Source: Camelus ferus
Lineage: Eukaryota
Direction of reading: 5' to 3'
Assembly (NCBI RefSeq): GCF_009834535.1
Contig: NC_045696.1
Span: 57,786,001-57,850,000, forward strand
Length of the DNA: 64,000 bases
The translations under genes were made by a program, and so were the position numbers. How positions within the stretch are numbered: position 1 is the stretch's first letter; each line of letters begins with the position of its first letter. The notes below the pieces were generated by a model that made no database searches, was not told the origin of the DNA, and saw only the letters and a list, made by a program, of their open reading frames with translations. Shown piece by piece: positions 12,380 to 24,793 of the stretch.

Positions 12380-13230
12380 CAAATAACCAAATCACTGCTT
12401 CATTTCTTCGAAATGGTATGAAGGGACGTCACATATTTTTAAATAACTCAATGATATTATCAGATTTTGTATGGATTATGTCCTACAATTCTGTCCCATA
12501 AAGGTTTATGCTCCATAAAAAGTGCATGCTTGAATTTGAAGCAAGGTAGCTGAGAATCACACTGTATCTCATTAGTATTCTTGTTGGGATTTTAGAAATT
12601 TTTAGTAATTTCCACAGAAAGCAGAAAAACAAATGAGTGGATATAAAATTCAAACCATAAGCCCAAGTATCAAAGAAATATAACTTGAATTTCTATATTT
12701 CTATTTCTGTTTTGAGCTCTTATCTCACAGGGAAATAACCTTAATGCTTTGGGGGCTCCCCTTACACTCTTTGGGTTCTGTCATTTTTCCAGAACTTTAC
12801 ATGATGCCAAAGATGGGAGAATAGGGGTCATAATGTGATTCCAAGTCTCAAGTGGAGATGCCTCCCATTCCAGTCAGCCTGCCTCCCCACTCCCACCCCA
12901 CACTTGGGCACAGGAAGCCCTGCAAGGCTGCCCAGCCTCCCACACAGCTGCATGCACCTTGAAGCAACTTTGTCTTTAGGGTTTTGCTATCACCCTCCTT
13001 TGCTCCAGGACCCAGAGATTTCTGAGCATTTATCAATTTCCTTCCCCTTAGCTCGGACAATATTTTCAAGCCTCACTTTGGTTTCAGACAGACACCTTGT
13101 CCACCTATCCCTGTTCTAGAATGTAACCTCTGAGATGCCAGAAAGTGCATCAGACTTCTGCTTTCTAACATGCAACATCCCTTCCTTAAGACAATGAGGA
13201 CAATGTGACCACTAGCTTGAATGGACAGGG
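12380..13230 (-). pseudogene. Class C GPCR relic: large Venus-flytrap exon
   Basis: Good acceptor at 13231-13232, about 850 nt. Motifs: VI/QNPKDKV (12966-12986, compare VIQNSTAKV), RLTGMGGIST* (compare RNITGKIWLASEAW), RYSVILSYLASNSSMHFL (12516-12569, compare RISYNVYLAVYSIAHAL), L*DI...LFKN...RRNEA (compare LQDI...LFTN...KKVEA). Confidence 0.8.
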
Positions 13231-14562
13231 CTATGAATAAGAAGAGCAAAAAATATAGATAGATATCTGAAATACTATCTGGCCTACTTTTATTTTTCAG
13301 TATTTACATAGGCTCTTAGATGCCTTGCTTATACAATTTTGTATCTGTCATCCTCTCATTTACTGAAATGAGTTGTCAAATTTAATTTCTACTTTTAACC
13401 TGAGTTTCCTCAGTTGAGTATTCTCTCTGCTTTGGCCCTGTATTTCTGTAATACCAAGGATCCTGGGACTTGAAAATATAAACTCAACCTAACCCACAAA
13501 AACAGGGCACCTGATCATTTTCACTAAGGAAACTGGAGTACTAACATCCTCTAATCAATAAATATGGGCAGGAATTTATATTGAAAAATGTTTATGCAGG
13601 ACTGTTTATTGGCAAAAAATCAGAAATAACCTAAATGGTCAGTAATGGAGACTGTTTCAATAGAGTAAGTTCACATGATAAAATTCTATGCAGCTGTTAA
13701 ATGTCAAGTAGTGGAAGAATATGTGATAATACAGGGAAATAGTCACAACAAAAATAATAATGGCAGTATGTACTGTACAACCACAATTTTATAAAGTACC
13801 TGCTTGAATAGAGCTAGAGCCAAAGGCTGGAAAGTTAAATGGGATCTCTGCGTGGTGGGATTATGAATGGAATTATTAAGAATGATTATTTTCTTTTCAT
13901 ATTTTTGAGTATTTCTACAATGCACATATGTTGTTTTCGTTACCAGAGAAATCATGTTATTTAGAAAACTAAAAGCATTTACTGAGCTTATGATTTGGGC
14001 ACTTTGTAGAAGCTGTTTCTCAATAAAAAATATTTTTAAAAATAAACAAGAGCCCAGATATTTAGCAGGAGAATAAGAAAGAAACTACTCCTGAGGTCAT
14101 CTCAGCCTTGACTGGGCTTCCTTCTCACCAAAGAAATCTTTCATACTCATTAAATTTCTTAGCTGTCCCATGGAAAATGTGCTGCTTTTTTTTTTTTTTT
14201 GATTCTCTTATATTATTGTGCTTTATAAAACTGTTTTCCAAATTGTACGCACACTAGTTGCTGATCCAAAAAGGAGATTATACTGCAATTGTACTGTCTC
14301 CCCAGAGTTGACTACAGAACCAGGAAGTGATCAGAATGTCATACAGATTATGAATGTGCTGGTCCATGGGTTAAATGAATCATCAAGAACCTGTTGGGTA
14401 AAAATCTAGTCTGACTACTTGTCCTGGACTTAACAGCTCCTGACTCCACCCTCAGAGCTCTGCCCTGGCTGTCCGATAGCCCCACCCTCTTGCACAAGCT
14501 TGCGGACCGATGAGGCAGAGCAATGGTGGTCAGGAGGAGGAATGGCACTTGACTGCGCATGT

Positions 14563-14853
14563 CTAGTGAAGAATTAAGAATGTGAAGAGTAAGATCTTGC
14601 CTGCCATTGCTGAATATGGGCCTGACTTCACCTATAACCCCTTTATTTTTTTCTTATATCTGAATCAGTTCTTAGGTCCGTGTGGCGTTATCATCAGTCA
14701 GAGTTTGCCTCAATCCGAGGTGCTGTCCCCTGATGCTTCTGTTTGGTCTCAGGGTTGCTGTGTAGCCAGCGTGGTGGAAGGGGTGATTTCTGTGACTTGT
14801 GCTGAGAACTGTAATCTGGATGATGTTCTTTTAACTGATCTCTGACTCTGAAT
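14563..14853 (-). pseudogene. Class C GPCR relic: proximal Venus-flytrap exon
   Basis: About 290 nt; PSTTL[G]Y (14762-14781, compare PNLTLGY), KGVIGE (14627-14644) then SGPYSAMAGKILLFTFLILH (compare [25 protein letters not shown]). Confidence 0.65.
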
Positions 14854-15260
14854 CTTCAGAGGAAGCCTCAAAATTACTTCCTGACCCTCTTGGTCTAGGT
14901 GACTTTTAATTAACATTAGTTTAACTTTCAGGATTTTAACCATCCTCAGTTCATTTATTCATTCAACTATTTATTGAATGCCTAGACTGTGTACGACACA
15001 ATACAAGGCACTGGGGATGATATGGTGAACAAAAATGACAGGAACACAGACCAAAAGCAAAGCAAAATAAGCAATCCAAAAAAAAAGCAAAACAGGCAAT
15101 TCCAATAGACTGTGGTAAGAGCTCTCGTGGAGAAATTACAAAGTCCTGTTGGAGTGCGTAGCAGAGGCATATGGATGGCAGTGGGGGAGGGGAAGTTGGG
15201 GCAGAGGGGAAGTTGGTGGGGGGAAGGGATGGTGGGATTATGTCCCAAGAGCCTGGGTTT

Positions 15261-15648
15261 TGTATTAGTTTGCTAAAGCTGCCGTAACGAAGTACTGCAG
15301 ACCAGAGGGCTTAAGCAATGGACATCGGTTTCCTCTCAGTTTCAGAGGCTAGAGGCCTAAAATCAGTGTGTCAACAGAGCTGGTTCCTTCTGAGGCCTCT
15401 CTCGTGGCTTGTAGATGGTCATCTTCTCCCTTTGTCCTCACCTGGTCTTCCCTCTGCCTCTTTTTGCCCTAATTTCCTCTTCTTATAAGGACACCAGTCA
15501 TTTCGGAATATGGCCCACCCTAATGACCTCATTTTAACTTAATTACCTCTTTAAAGACCCTGGTCTCCAAACAGAGTCACATTCTGAGGTACTGGGGGTT
15601 AGGACTTCACCACATGAATTTAGGGGAGACGCACTTCAGCCCATAACA
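15261..15648 (-). mobile_element. MLT1-type LTR inserted in L2 remnants
   Basis: tgtattagttt...cagcccataaca termini typical of MLT1. Confidence 0.8.
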
Positions 15649-16736
15649 GGCCGGAGGGAGAAAGAAGATTCAGACAGCCAGTTGGAAGCACAGGAAAAGG
15701 TTTGTTTCCAAGAATAAGCAAAGAGGCAGAGCGAAAGGCACTCAAGGAGAATTTAGCAGGAACCAAATCAGAAAGAGCTTGTGAGAACTGTATCCTAAGG
15801 ACAAAAGAATGCTGCCGGAGGGTTTTAATTAAGGAAACAATATGGTCAGATTTGCTTCTTAATAGTTGGCTGTTGTATGAAGAATGGATGGAAGAGGAGC
15901 ATGGTTGAGGGGGAGACCAGGGAGAGCTACTGCTGTCATCCAGGGGAGACCCAGTGGATCCATTTTTCTAGATCGGTTAGATTTTACCTTTGAATTAAGC
16001 TAGCTCAAGGGATTTTCACACTGGTCATTTTGCTACTCAATTGCTTTTTCTGCATTGCCCTTCCATCCATATATAAGAAACAGAATGTGTAAGCCTTGTG
16101 GAACTTGCATTTCCCATGGGGATGTGTTGAAGGCAGCTCCCACTGGTTTCCATATCTCCTCTTTCTAGGACCATGGGAGAAAAGTTCAGGCCTTGCTATC
16201 TGGAAACAGCTGTGAAAGAAACTAGCTTGTTCTTGTTTTCTCTTCTCCATGAATCGTGTAAATGATCTTGCTTCCTTCTTTGCTTTGGCTCCAAAGGACC
16301 TTAAGAACCAAATCTGTAGCATGTCTCTGGCCACTAACCTTGCCATAGAAACACTAGCATTTAGTGGAAAAAAACTCACTTTGGCTTCATTTTTTTTCTT
16401 CATAGTCATTTTCCTTCCCTCCTCCATTCCCAATTTCCTCTATTACGTATGGTACGTGTTTATCGTGTTGCTGCGTTTTAAGCACCAAAGCAGGCTGATT
16501 CAAATCCTTTGTACAATATTGCAGGTTGGAAATAGATGATCAATTCAAGATGGAAAGTTAAAAGCTGTAATTAGGGTTGTCTGAATTACCTTAAACCCAG
16601 ATACGTAAGGAATGATAACCCGGGCCAAACAAAGGTTCTGTCTGCAATTTCGAAACCTGCTTCAGTTGTTCCACAGGTTTCTCAATTATGACCTGCTTCC
16701 TGGCTTGTCCTCAGTTGCTGCCCAAGACAGAGATTG

Positions 16737-16938
16737 CTAAGGCACTGGCTACCCACACTTGGCAGGTGTGTCCTGCTTTTCTTGCCATTAAGTTGTCGGT
16801 CTCTCCAGAGCCCAACCATTTTCTGTATGAAAATACAGAAAATATTTTCCAGCTTACCTGGAAAACATAAGCCCAGCTTATCTGTATGGAGAGAAGAAAG
16901 AAAGGAAAACAAGAAAAGAAGAAGGCGACCCGTGTCAT
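16737..16938 (-). pseudogene. Class C GPCR relic: possible first coding exon (signal peptide)
   Basis: MTRVAFFFSCFPFFLLSIQISWAY is a hydrophobic leader (compare CASR [20 protein letters not shown]); a shifted frame gives KSR...SV..QCL (compare KSRPESVECI). Donor decayed; this is the weakest exon. Confidence 0.35.
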
Positions 16939-19539
16939 TCTGGTATACGTGAAACTTTGTTTTATCGGTCAAGAAACACAAATAGGCAGACAGACATCAG
17001 AAGGTGGTAAAGCCCACCAGCAAAGTGATTGACTGGATTTTCCTTCCTTGGGGGTTTTCAAGAAAAGACCATTTAAACAGCTAGTTAAGTCTAGTCTCAG
17101 CCCTATGATTAATCAGCACTATGAACCCAGTCTGATCCTCAGTTTCCTCAACTGAAAAAATGGAGAACTTAACCAAGACAGGTTCAGCCAACGACCTGCG
17201 AGGACTCCAGAAGTCTCCATTGGATAGTGGACGCTATGTCCCAAAAAGAAAGTGGTGAGACCTATGAATTTGCCCCCACATTTGCTGGGCAGATGATGTG
17301 TTGATAACCTAGGAAATACAATGGAGCCAAGACAACCATCTCTGCCATGGAAGAGATTAAAATCAGACCGTGGAGAAGATAAACCAAATAGAAGTCTACT
17401 AACTGAGACAACAGGAATATACAGTGCCAACCAAATGCTAAGAGGACCAGAAGGCTCTGGGTGGTGTTGTTTTTGAGAGCAGAACTGAGTGTTAATTGTT
17501 GGAGAAGAGGAGGAATAGCATCCCTGGCAAGGGATTGCCTGAGCAGGAGCATGGAGGCAATAATGAGAATGAGGAAGAGGTGTGGGAGCCACTGAGATCC
17601 ACCTGAAGGAGTCTTCTGAACAAGGAGGCTGACTCAAGAAGAATCATGAGTGCTTGAATCATGTGGTTCTGTAAGAATTTACAATGGATTTGATAGATAA
17701 CAGAAAATTCCCGAGTTATGGAGCAACTTTTTTTTTTTAAGATCTATGAGAAAGAGTTTGATTTTCAGGAGGAACTAGAAGGGCAAGACCCAGGCAGGAG
17801 GTGTCAGCAATATTCCAGCAGGGAGGTGACAGCTTTCATGGAGTGATGCCTGTGAAACTGGCAAGGAAGGGTGAATTTGAGAGACCTTGTGAAATCATAA
17901 CTGCCAGTGTATTTGAGTAACTCCTAGCAATATTGCCCCTGGGTTTCTGGGCAATGAGTCTTTAAGATGCAGGTTTCCAGCATCGCAGTAATACTATGCC
18001 AAGTCCTGATTTATTTCAGTTTCATGTAAGGCTTGGGTTGCTAATGCTCTGTTTCAGTCTTTAGAAGGCCCTCTATAAGCATACAGTATTCCTAAATATT
18101 GGTGGATGTAAAATAAGAGATTTATGTTCAACTGCCTTACCTTCTTTCCCAGGGTGGCTGGAGCAGCATAGGGGAAATGACACAGATGGGAGAGAAATGT
18201 TGATCAGTTTGGCTTTTAGTTAACAGTGTGGTGGTGCTATGACCACCTTCTGTCCCCTGCTGACTGAAGAGCTCCACCTGTTCAGGCACAGAATCCTCAG
18301 CTCCTCGGCTGGAACTGGGGCTGTGGCCACTGGACCAGGACAAACACTTCTAAGGACTGGCACATTACATGCCCCTAGATGAATGTTCTACAGTGTGAGC
18401 CCTGAATCAACTTGCATCTAACTCAATATGAACAACACATGTTACCAACATCTGTTTTAACTCTTTCCTTGGGCTACTTTCATTTGTTTTCTCTTTGTAA
18501 AAATGGCTTCCCTGTAGTAATGGACTGCTCTTCCATTTTTCCACGCTTTCACCTCCCTACTGCATCTGTAAGCTTAGGAAACCAACATTCTTATTTGCTA
18601 GGTCTCTAAATTTAATGCACACAAGAATCGCTTGGGAGCATTTTTTTAAGTACAGATTCTAAGGCCCACCCTAGAGATTGTAATTTAATAAATGTGGGAT
18701 GGGGTGCAGTCATTGAACAAGCATTGAATAAGCATCCCAGGGGGTTCCAGTGTAGGTGGTTCCCAGATCATATGTTGGGAAGTACTGCTCAGCTAAACCG
18801 GCAACACAATGAGCCCATGCCAAGCCAAACTCATAAATTAACATTTATCAAGAAACCTTTGAGAGCACAGCCTATGTTCATGAATGAGTCCATTTTTCCC
18901 AGGGTAGAAGCTGACTGAAGCCATGCTGGGAGACAATCTCAGTGTGCTTCTGGCAGGGACAGAATTTTCTCCCTAGAGAGAGGTGCAGTAACATTGATTG
19001 CATAATATTACTCCACCCTGGCACTAGTCATAAAAATTGACTGAGCCGACTCCAGGATTGCCAGATCACTTGATGAATATTCAGGGTGAATAAACCCCAC
19101 AACTCCCTTCCCTGTTCCCTCAAAGAGCAATAACAATGCACCACAGGGACCAGGCTACTGAGCAAAGGTGTGAATGACCCCTGAGGCCATATAAGATTTT
19201 CTACATTGTTCTGTTGACAGCCTCACAATTTAGGGCTACTCCCTAAATTCACATAACCTGGTTACAAGCCTGGCATCTAATGCCTTTACCAACAGAATAA
19301 CTATATACATAATAGGAATATTGTTCTTAGGGACAAGGGAAGGACAAAGTTAACAAACAAGTACCATTTCCTTCCATATGCCTTACTCTTTGGATTTAGA
19401 CTTCCCTGGAAAGATACCTGAAATTTGCTTCCTTTTCCCCTTTCTCTTGGCTCATCAGGACCTGAGGGGAAAGAGACCCTTAATAGCAAGTATATAGACC
19501 TCCACTTATATAGTAAATTTATTTTCAACAGGAACATTG

Positions 19540-20880
19540 ATTAATTTCAATGGTGAAAGAAGGTTGGTTGCTTGGTTTTTTCCAGTAAGTAGTATGGAGC
19601 AACCAAATGTCCATAAGAAAAATAAAAGAAACTTGCCCTCCCTCCCTCACAGATGGATCATACATTTAAATGTAAAAGCTAAAACCATAAGGCACCTAGA
19701 GGGGAGGGTATAGCTGAGTGGTAGAGTACACGCATAACATGCATGAGGTCCTGGGTTCAACCCCCAGTACCTCCATTAAATAAATAAATAAATAAACCTA
19801 ACCCCCCCCAAAAAAACATAAGGCATCTAAAAGAAAATATAGGAAGATATATTCCTGAAACTAAGGGTAGATAAATATTTTTAAAACATGTTATAGGCAA
19901 TATCTTATGAAAGAAAGAATGGACTTCACCAAAATGGAAAACTTCTGCTCATCAAAAAATACCCACTGCAAAAGTAAAAAGATAAGCTATAGATTGAAAG
20001 AAAATTAAACAGAGATATCTGACAAAGAACTCATATCCAGAATATATAAAGAACTTACCGATACAGAAAAAAAAAAAAAAAAAGCAGAGGACAGGCGGCA
20101 AGACTTAAATAGGCACTTCATAGAAGAAAATATCCAAATGATCCATAAGCAGATGAAAAGGTGTTAAAAATTATTACTTATCAGGATATGCAAACTAAAA
20201 CCACAGTGAGATACACTATATAACCATGAGAATGGCTAAAATTTTAAAGACTGACAAAACCAAGTGTGAGTGGATGGAGCACCTGGAACTCTCATGAATT
20301 GTCAACAGAGTTTAAAATGGTACAACCACACTGACAATTATTTGGCAGTTTTTAATAAAGTTAAAAATACACCTTCCCTCTATCCCAGGATTTCCCCTCC
20401 TAGGAATATACCAAAGAGAAATGACTTGTTCATAGCTGGTTTATTCACAATAGGCAAAAACTAGAAGCAACCCAAATGCCCATCAGCAGAAGACTGGATA
20501 AACAATTGTGGTATACTCTCACAATGGAATACTGCACCGCAGTAAAAAAACAACAAACAAAAACCAAACAAACCAAAAACTATTGATAAAAGTAACAACA
20601 TGGATGAATCTCAAAAACATCCTGAGCAAAAGGAGCCAAACACAAAAGAACACCTACAGTGTAATTCCACTTAAATGAAGTTTAAAAACAGGCAAAACTG
20701 AGGGTTGAGCAGACTATAGTGACTGGGAAGGGGCAGGAGGGGAATCGGATGGGGATGATGGAAATATAACTTACTACATGGACGTTTACGAGGGTAAACA
20801 TGTAGGCACACACTCCTGAGCTGTGCACTTAAAATGTGTGCATTTTGCCACACATACATTATGCTTCCACTTTTAAAATG
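19540..20880 (+). mobile_element. L1 3' region (ORF2 end and 3'UTR)
   Basis: Degenerate L1 ORF2 C-terminus and 3'UTR motifs. Confidence 0.75.
19701..19816 (+). mobile_element. Camelid tRNA-derived SINE (vic-1-like)
   Basis: GGGGAGGGTATAGCT..GTGGTAGAG A-box, GGTTCAA B-box, (TAAA)n tail, approximate TSD cataaggca(c/t)cta. Confidence 0.85.
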
Positions 20881-21546
20881 AGGGGGAGAAGTCCCATCTA
20901 GAACATCAAAATCTGTGCAGCCCAAATGGGAAGTGGGAACTCCCCAGCCAAAGAGATCTAGGAAGGGTTACCACAAGCTCCACTCTGGAGACCAGGAAAC
21001 CCTATGACTCCCCAAGAGTCTGGCTGAGCCCTAAGGGCTCTTGATTCCTTCTGCTCACTCTTTTTCCCTCTGCAGCAATACAAGCATGAAACTCAGACAG
21101 TGTGCTCCCCCTTAAAAAAAAAACCACTCATGCCGAGCACTTGGTGAGTTTGATGGCCTTTCTGCAAATTTAAAGTCCCAGGGAGGGTCTCATTGCAGAG
21201 CACAGGCTGGCCCTCTTGCCATCCAGCGGGCTGGACCGTCTCCCCTCCATCTGAATACAGAAAGAAAACTGCATTTCTCAAGTCAAGAAGCCAGCCAACA
21301 CCCAGGCCAGAGTCTCTGCTTCCTCCCTGGAGGGGGCTGGACAAATGTGTGTGGCCGCGCCCTCTGGCTGAAGCAGACTAACTGCCATTTCCCCTTCCCA
21401 GCTTCCTCTTACCCTTCACCTCCAGGCCCTAGGGGAGCTCTGAGAAATGTTTACTATCCCATGAAGGCAATTTGAAAACCACTGCACTAAACTTCAGGAA
21501 AGGAAAAAACTGACTGAAAAAAAAAGGAATTTAAAAAGAAGCCATT

Positions 21547-21657
21547 GAGTGGGTGGATATAGCTCAGTGATGGAGTGCATGCTTAGCATGTGTGAGGTCC
21601 TGGGTTTAATTCCCAGTATATCCAGTAAAAAAAAAAAAAATAAAGAAAAAGAAAAAA
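21547..21657 (+). mobile_element. Camelid tRNA-derived SINE
   Basis: A/B boxes, poly(A), TSD aaaaaga(a/g)gccat. Confidence 0.8.
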
Positions 21658-22019
21658 GAGGCCATAAGCCATGTGTATGAAGAGTTGGAGTAGGGAATGG
21701 CTGAGGCAGAGATTCTAGTTACACCCATGTCAAGGGCCCTGGATGATTTGGGGTCTGACAGGCAGCCACCCATCAACCGCCTCAGGAGCCCATGTGCATT
21801 TCAGACATGCAGACACCCACCAGAAGAGGCTACCAGCCCGTGAAGTCCCCTACCCCTCCACTGAGGCCTCCGCACCTTCCTCCCTCCTCTTCCCCTCAAG
21901 GTCACGGCCCTTCCTGCAGGCCTGGCCCTGCTTAGATTTTAGCAGCAGGACTGACGTGGGCTCCCTCAGTCCCAGCCTCTTTCAGCCCCTCCTCAGAGGG
22001 TGGCTCTGCAGTCTATTCA

Positions 22020-22723
22020 GATTTGCTATTTTCCTTCATGACTTTATCTTAGAGGATTTTATGATTCTAAGAATTTATCTATTTCTTGCTGGTTGTCCAA
22101 TTGGCTGGCATATAGCTGTTCATACTATTTTTTAAATAATCCTTTGTATTTCTGTGGTATCCATTGTAATTTCTCCTCTTTTATTTCTGATTTTATTTTT
22201 ATCTGAGCCTTTTCTCTCCCTCTTTTTTTTTAGTAAGTCTGGCTAAAGGTTTGTCAATTTTGCTTATTTTTTCAAGGAATCAGCTCTTAGTTTCATTGAT
22301 CTTCTCTGTTGTCTCTTTAGTCTCTATTTCATCTATTTCCACTCTGATCTTTCTTATTTTCTTCCTTCTACTGACTCTGGGCTTCGTTTGTTCTTTTTCT
22401 AGTTACTTTAGATGTAAAGTTAGATTTTTTATTGAGATTTTTCTTGTTTATTGAGATAAGCCTGTCTTGCTATAAACTTCCCTCTTAGTATTGCTTTTGC
22501 TGCATCCCATAGGTTTTGGTATGTCACATTTTAATTGTTTTCAGGTATTTTTTAATTTCTTCCTACTTTTATTGTATTGCTGTTAATTTCTCCCTGTAGA
22601 TCTGTTAATACTGCTTTATATATTTGGTATTCCTATGTTAGGTACATATATATCAACAACTGCTATGTCTTCTTGAAGAGTTGTCCCTTATCATTATATA
22701 AAGTCCATCTTTGTTTCCTGTTT

Positions 22724-22771
<48 letters not shown>

Positions 22772-23837
22772 TTGCTTGAAGTCTATTTTTTCTGAAAGAT
22801 ATGGCTACAACTGCTTTCTTGGGGGTTCAATTTGCTTGGAACATTAACTTCCATCCCTTCACTTTGAGCCTATGATTGTCTTCAGAGCTGATATGATTCT
22901 CCTGGAGACAGCATAGAGTTCAGTCTTGTTTTTAAATCCACACAGCCACTTTATCTCTTTTGATTGTTGACTTCAATCCATTTATATTTAGGGTGATTAC
23001 TAACAAATAAGGACTTAGTACTGCTGCTTTATCTTTTGTTTTCTGGTTGTTCTATATCTCCATTGGTTCTTTTTCCTTGTGTTTCTGCCTGCCATTTTAG
23101 TTTGGTGGTTTTCTATGATTTTTTTCAGCTTCTTTTTTATGTTTTGTGTCTCTGCTCTACATTTATGTTTTGTGGTTACCATGAGGTTCGTTGAAAACAT
23201 CTTGTAATAAAACGGTCCTTTTTCTGCTGATAGCATCTTCGTTTGCCTACACAGGCTCTGTCCTTTTCCTTTTCCTCTTTTATTATCTTTTGTTGTTGTT
23301 GTTGTTGTTGTCTCAAATTATGCCTTTATGTTGTGATTTTGTTACCAAATTGAAGTAGGGGAGAAGGGTGTAGGGGGACCCAGGGTCACAGGCACCTTTG
23401 AGGTTGTTAGGTTCACAGCACTAGTGCTGCAGACAGGGATCTGGAGTTGCAGGCATCTCCACAGCTGGAGGGATGGGATTACAGGCCCCACTGCCACTGT
23501 GGCCTAGCTCCCTGCGGCTGTGGGCACCGCTGGGGTTGGGAGGCCAGAGTCATGTGTGTCACCTCCCCTGCTGCTACCAAGCTTTCTGGGGCTGCAAGTT
23601 CAGTAGCCACAGCCGGGGGTCTGGGTTTGCATGCACTGCCTCTGCTGTTTCCCCAGTTCTGCCTCCTCTATGTATTTCTGTCCACCGCTTTTAGGTGTAC
23701 AGATGTGTGGAACTCTCTGGCATCCTGTGGTGTTTGAAAGAGGAACATTTGTTGAGTTATGGATGTTTTACTGATTGGAGATTGAAGCAGGGAGACAAAG
23801 GGAGCATTTCGTGCCACCATGAGGCTGACATAATCTC
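22020..23837 (-). mobile_element. Internally deleted L1 (L1MA-type) including its 5'UTR (~23360-23837)
   Basis: Reverse L1 ORF2 and ORF1-end sequence, then a GC-richer 5'UTR ending ...gccaccatgaggctgacataatctc. Confidence 0.65.
22724..22770. repeat. (TTG)15 microsatellite
   Basis: Perfect trinucleotide run. Confidence 0.95.
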
Positions 23838-24549
23838 TACAATTTTTAAAACTATTCACCATTTGATGAATGTTGGGGTCATTTTCAGTTTTGGGCTATT
23901 ATGAATAACGCAGCTATGAACATTTGTACACAAGTCATTGTGTAGACATATGTTTTTATCCTTCTTAGGTAAATAGCTCGAAGTGGAGATACTGGGATGT
24001 ACAGTAAGTGATACATCTACCCCAGCCGTGAACACCGAGTTTACCTGTGTGGGGAACAAGATTGGGAGAGGGGGAGGGGGGAAACTGTAAAGGTTTATTT
24101 CTTGAAAATAACTACCAAAAAAATGGGAAGGAAATATGATAAAATGTTAAAAGTTTAGTTCTGAGTGATAGGAATATAAATAAGTGTTTGTTGTTTTATT
24201 CTTTGTATTTTTCTGTATTTTAAATAGTTCCAGAAATGTAGATAAAAGTAAAATACAAATATCCAGCCAAGATTCTCCAGAGAGAGACTTTTACTTTCTT
24301 TAAAGAGTCAATTTTAAACAATCAGCCTTGACATTATTAATAGATATTCCTTTCAAAAAATGAAATTTTTGTTAGAGGTTTTAAACTTTGGGAAACTCTC
24401 TGGTTGTGGTTTTTGATTTCCCACTTCAGAGGCAACAGGATGGAACCACTGTCAAAGAGAACGCAGGGAAGTCTTGTTACAGCAGGACTCCTAGACACTC
24501 ATTCGTTCCTCCCCAGCTCCACATCCTTCCCAGTTGCTGTCAGCGCAGT

Positions 24550-24727
24550 CTGTTGAGGAAGAAGGACTTATATCAAGGCATACTCGTTTTCCCTGTGCCT
24601 TTTGCTCCTTGTGGAAAATAAAACATTCTGTAGGCGGAGCTTGTGAGCAACGCCCGCTTTAAAAGCCGGAGTCTCTGCCCTTACCTGACCACTTGCATCC
24701 TGCCCAGCGAAGAAGCAATTAGCCAAA
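24550..24727 (+). promoter_or_regulatory. CSTA: CSTA proximal promoter and 5'UTR
   Basis: GC box AGGCGGAGC at 24632-24640, C/EBP-like TGAGCAA at 24644-24650, TATA-like TTTAAAA at 24658-24664, ETS-like GAGGAAG near 24555, directly upstream of the start codon. Confidence 0.6.
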
Positions 24728-24793
24728 ATGATGCCTGGAGGCTTAACTGAAGCCAAGCCTGCCACTCCAGAAATCCAGGAGATTGCTAACTCG
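24728..24793 (+). CDS. CSTA: Cystatin A (stefin A) coding exon 1, MMPGGLTEAKPATPEIQEIANS
   Basis: ATG at 24728, 22 codons, conserved N-terminal PGG, donor GTGAGT at 24794; closely resembles human MIPGGLSEAKPATPEIQEIVDK. Confidence 0.97.

Noticed and set aside
16005..16433. 142-aa ORF on -
   Set aside because: No recognisable homology or consistent splice structure; lies in an inferred intron of the relic.
19701..19775. tRNA-like sequence (also at 21547, 38030 and 56906)
   Set aside because: Degenerate stems, A-rich tails and TSDs mark these as SINE heads, not tRNA genes.
22577..22795. Poly-leucine ORF
   Set aside because: Artefact of the (TTG)15 microsatellite inside an L1.
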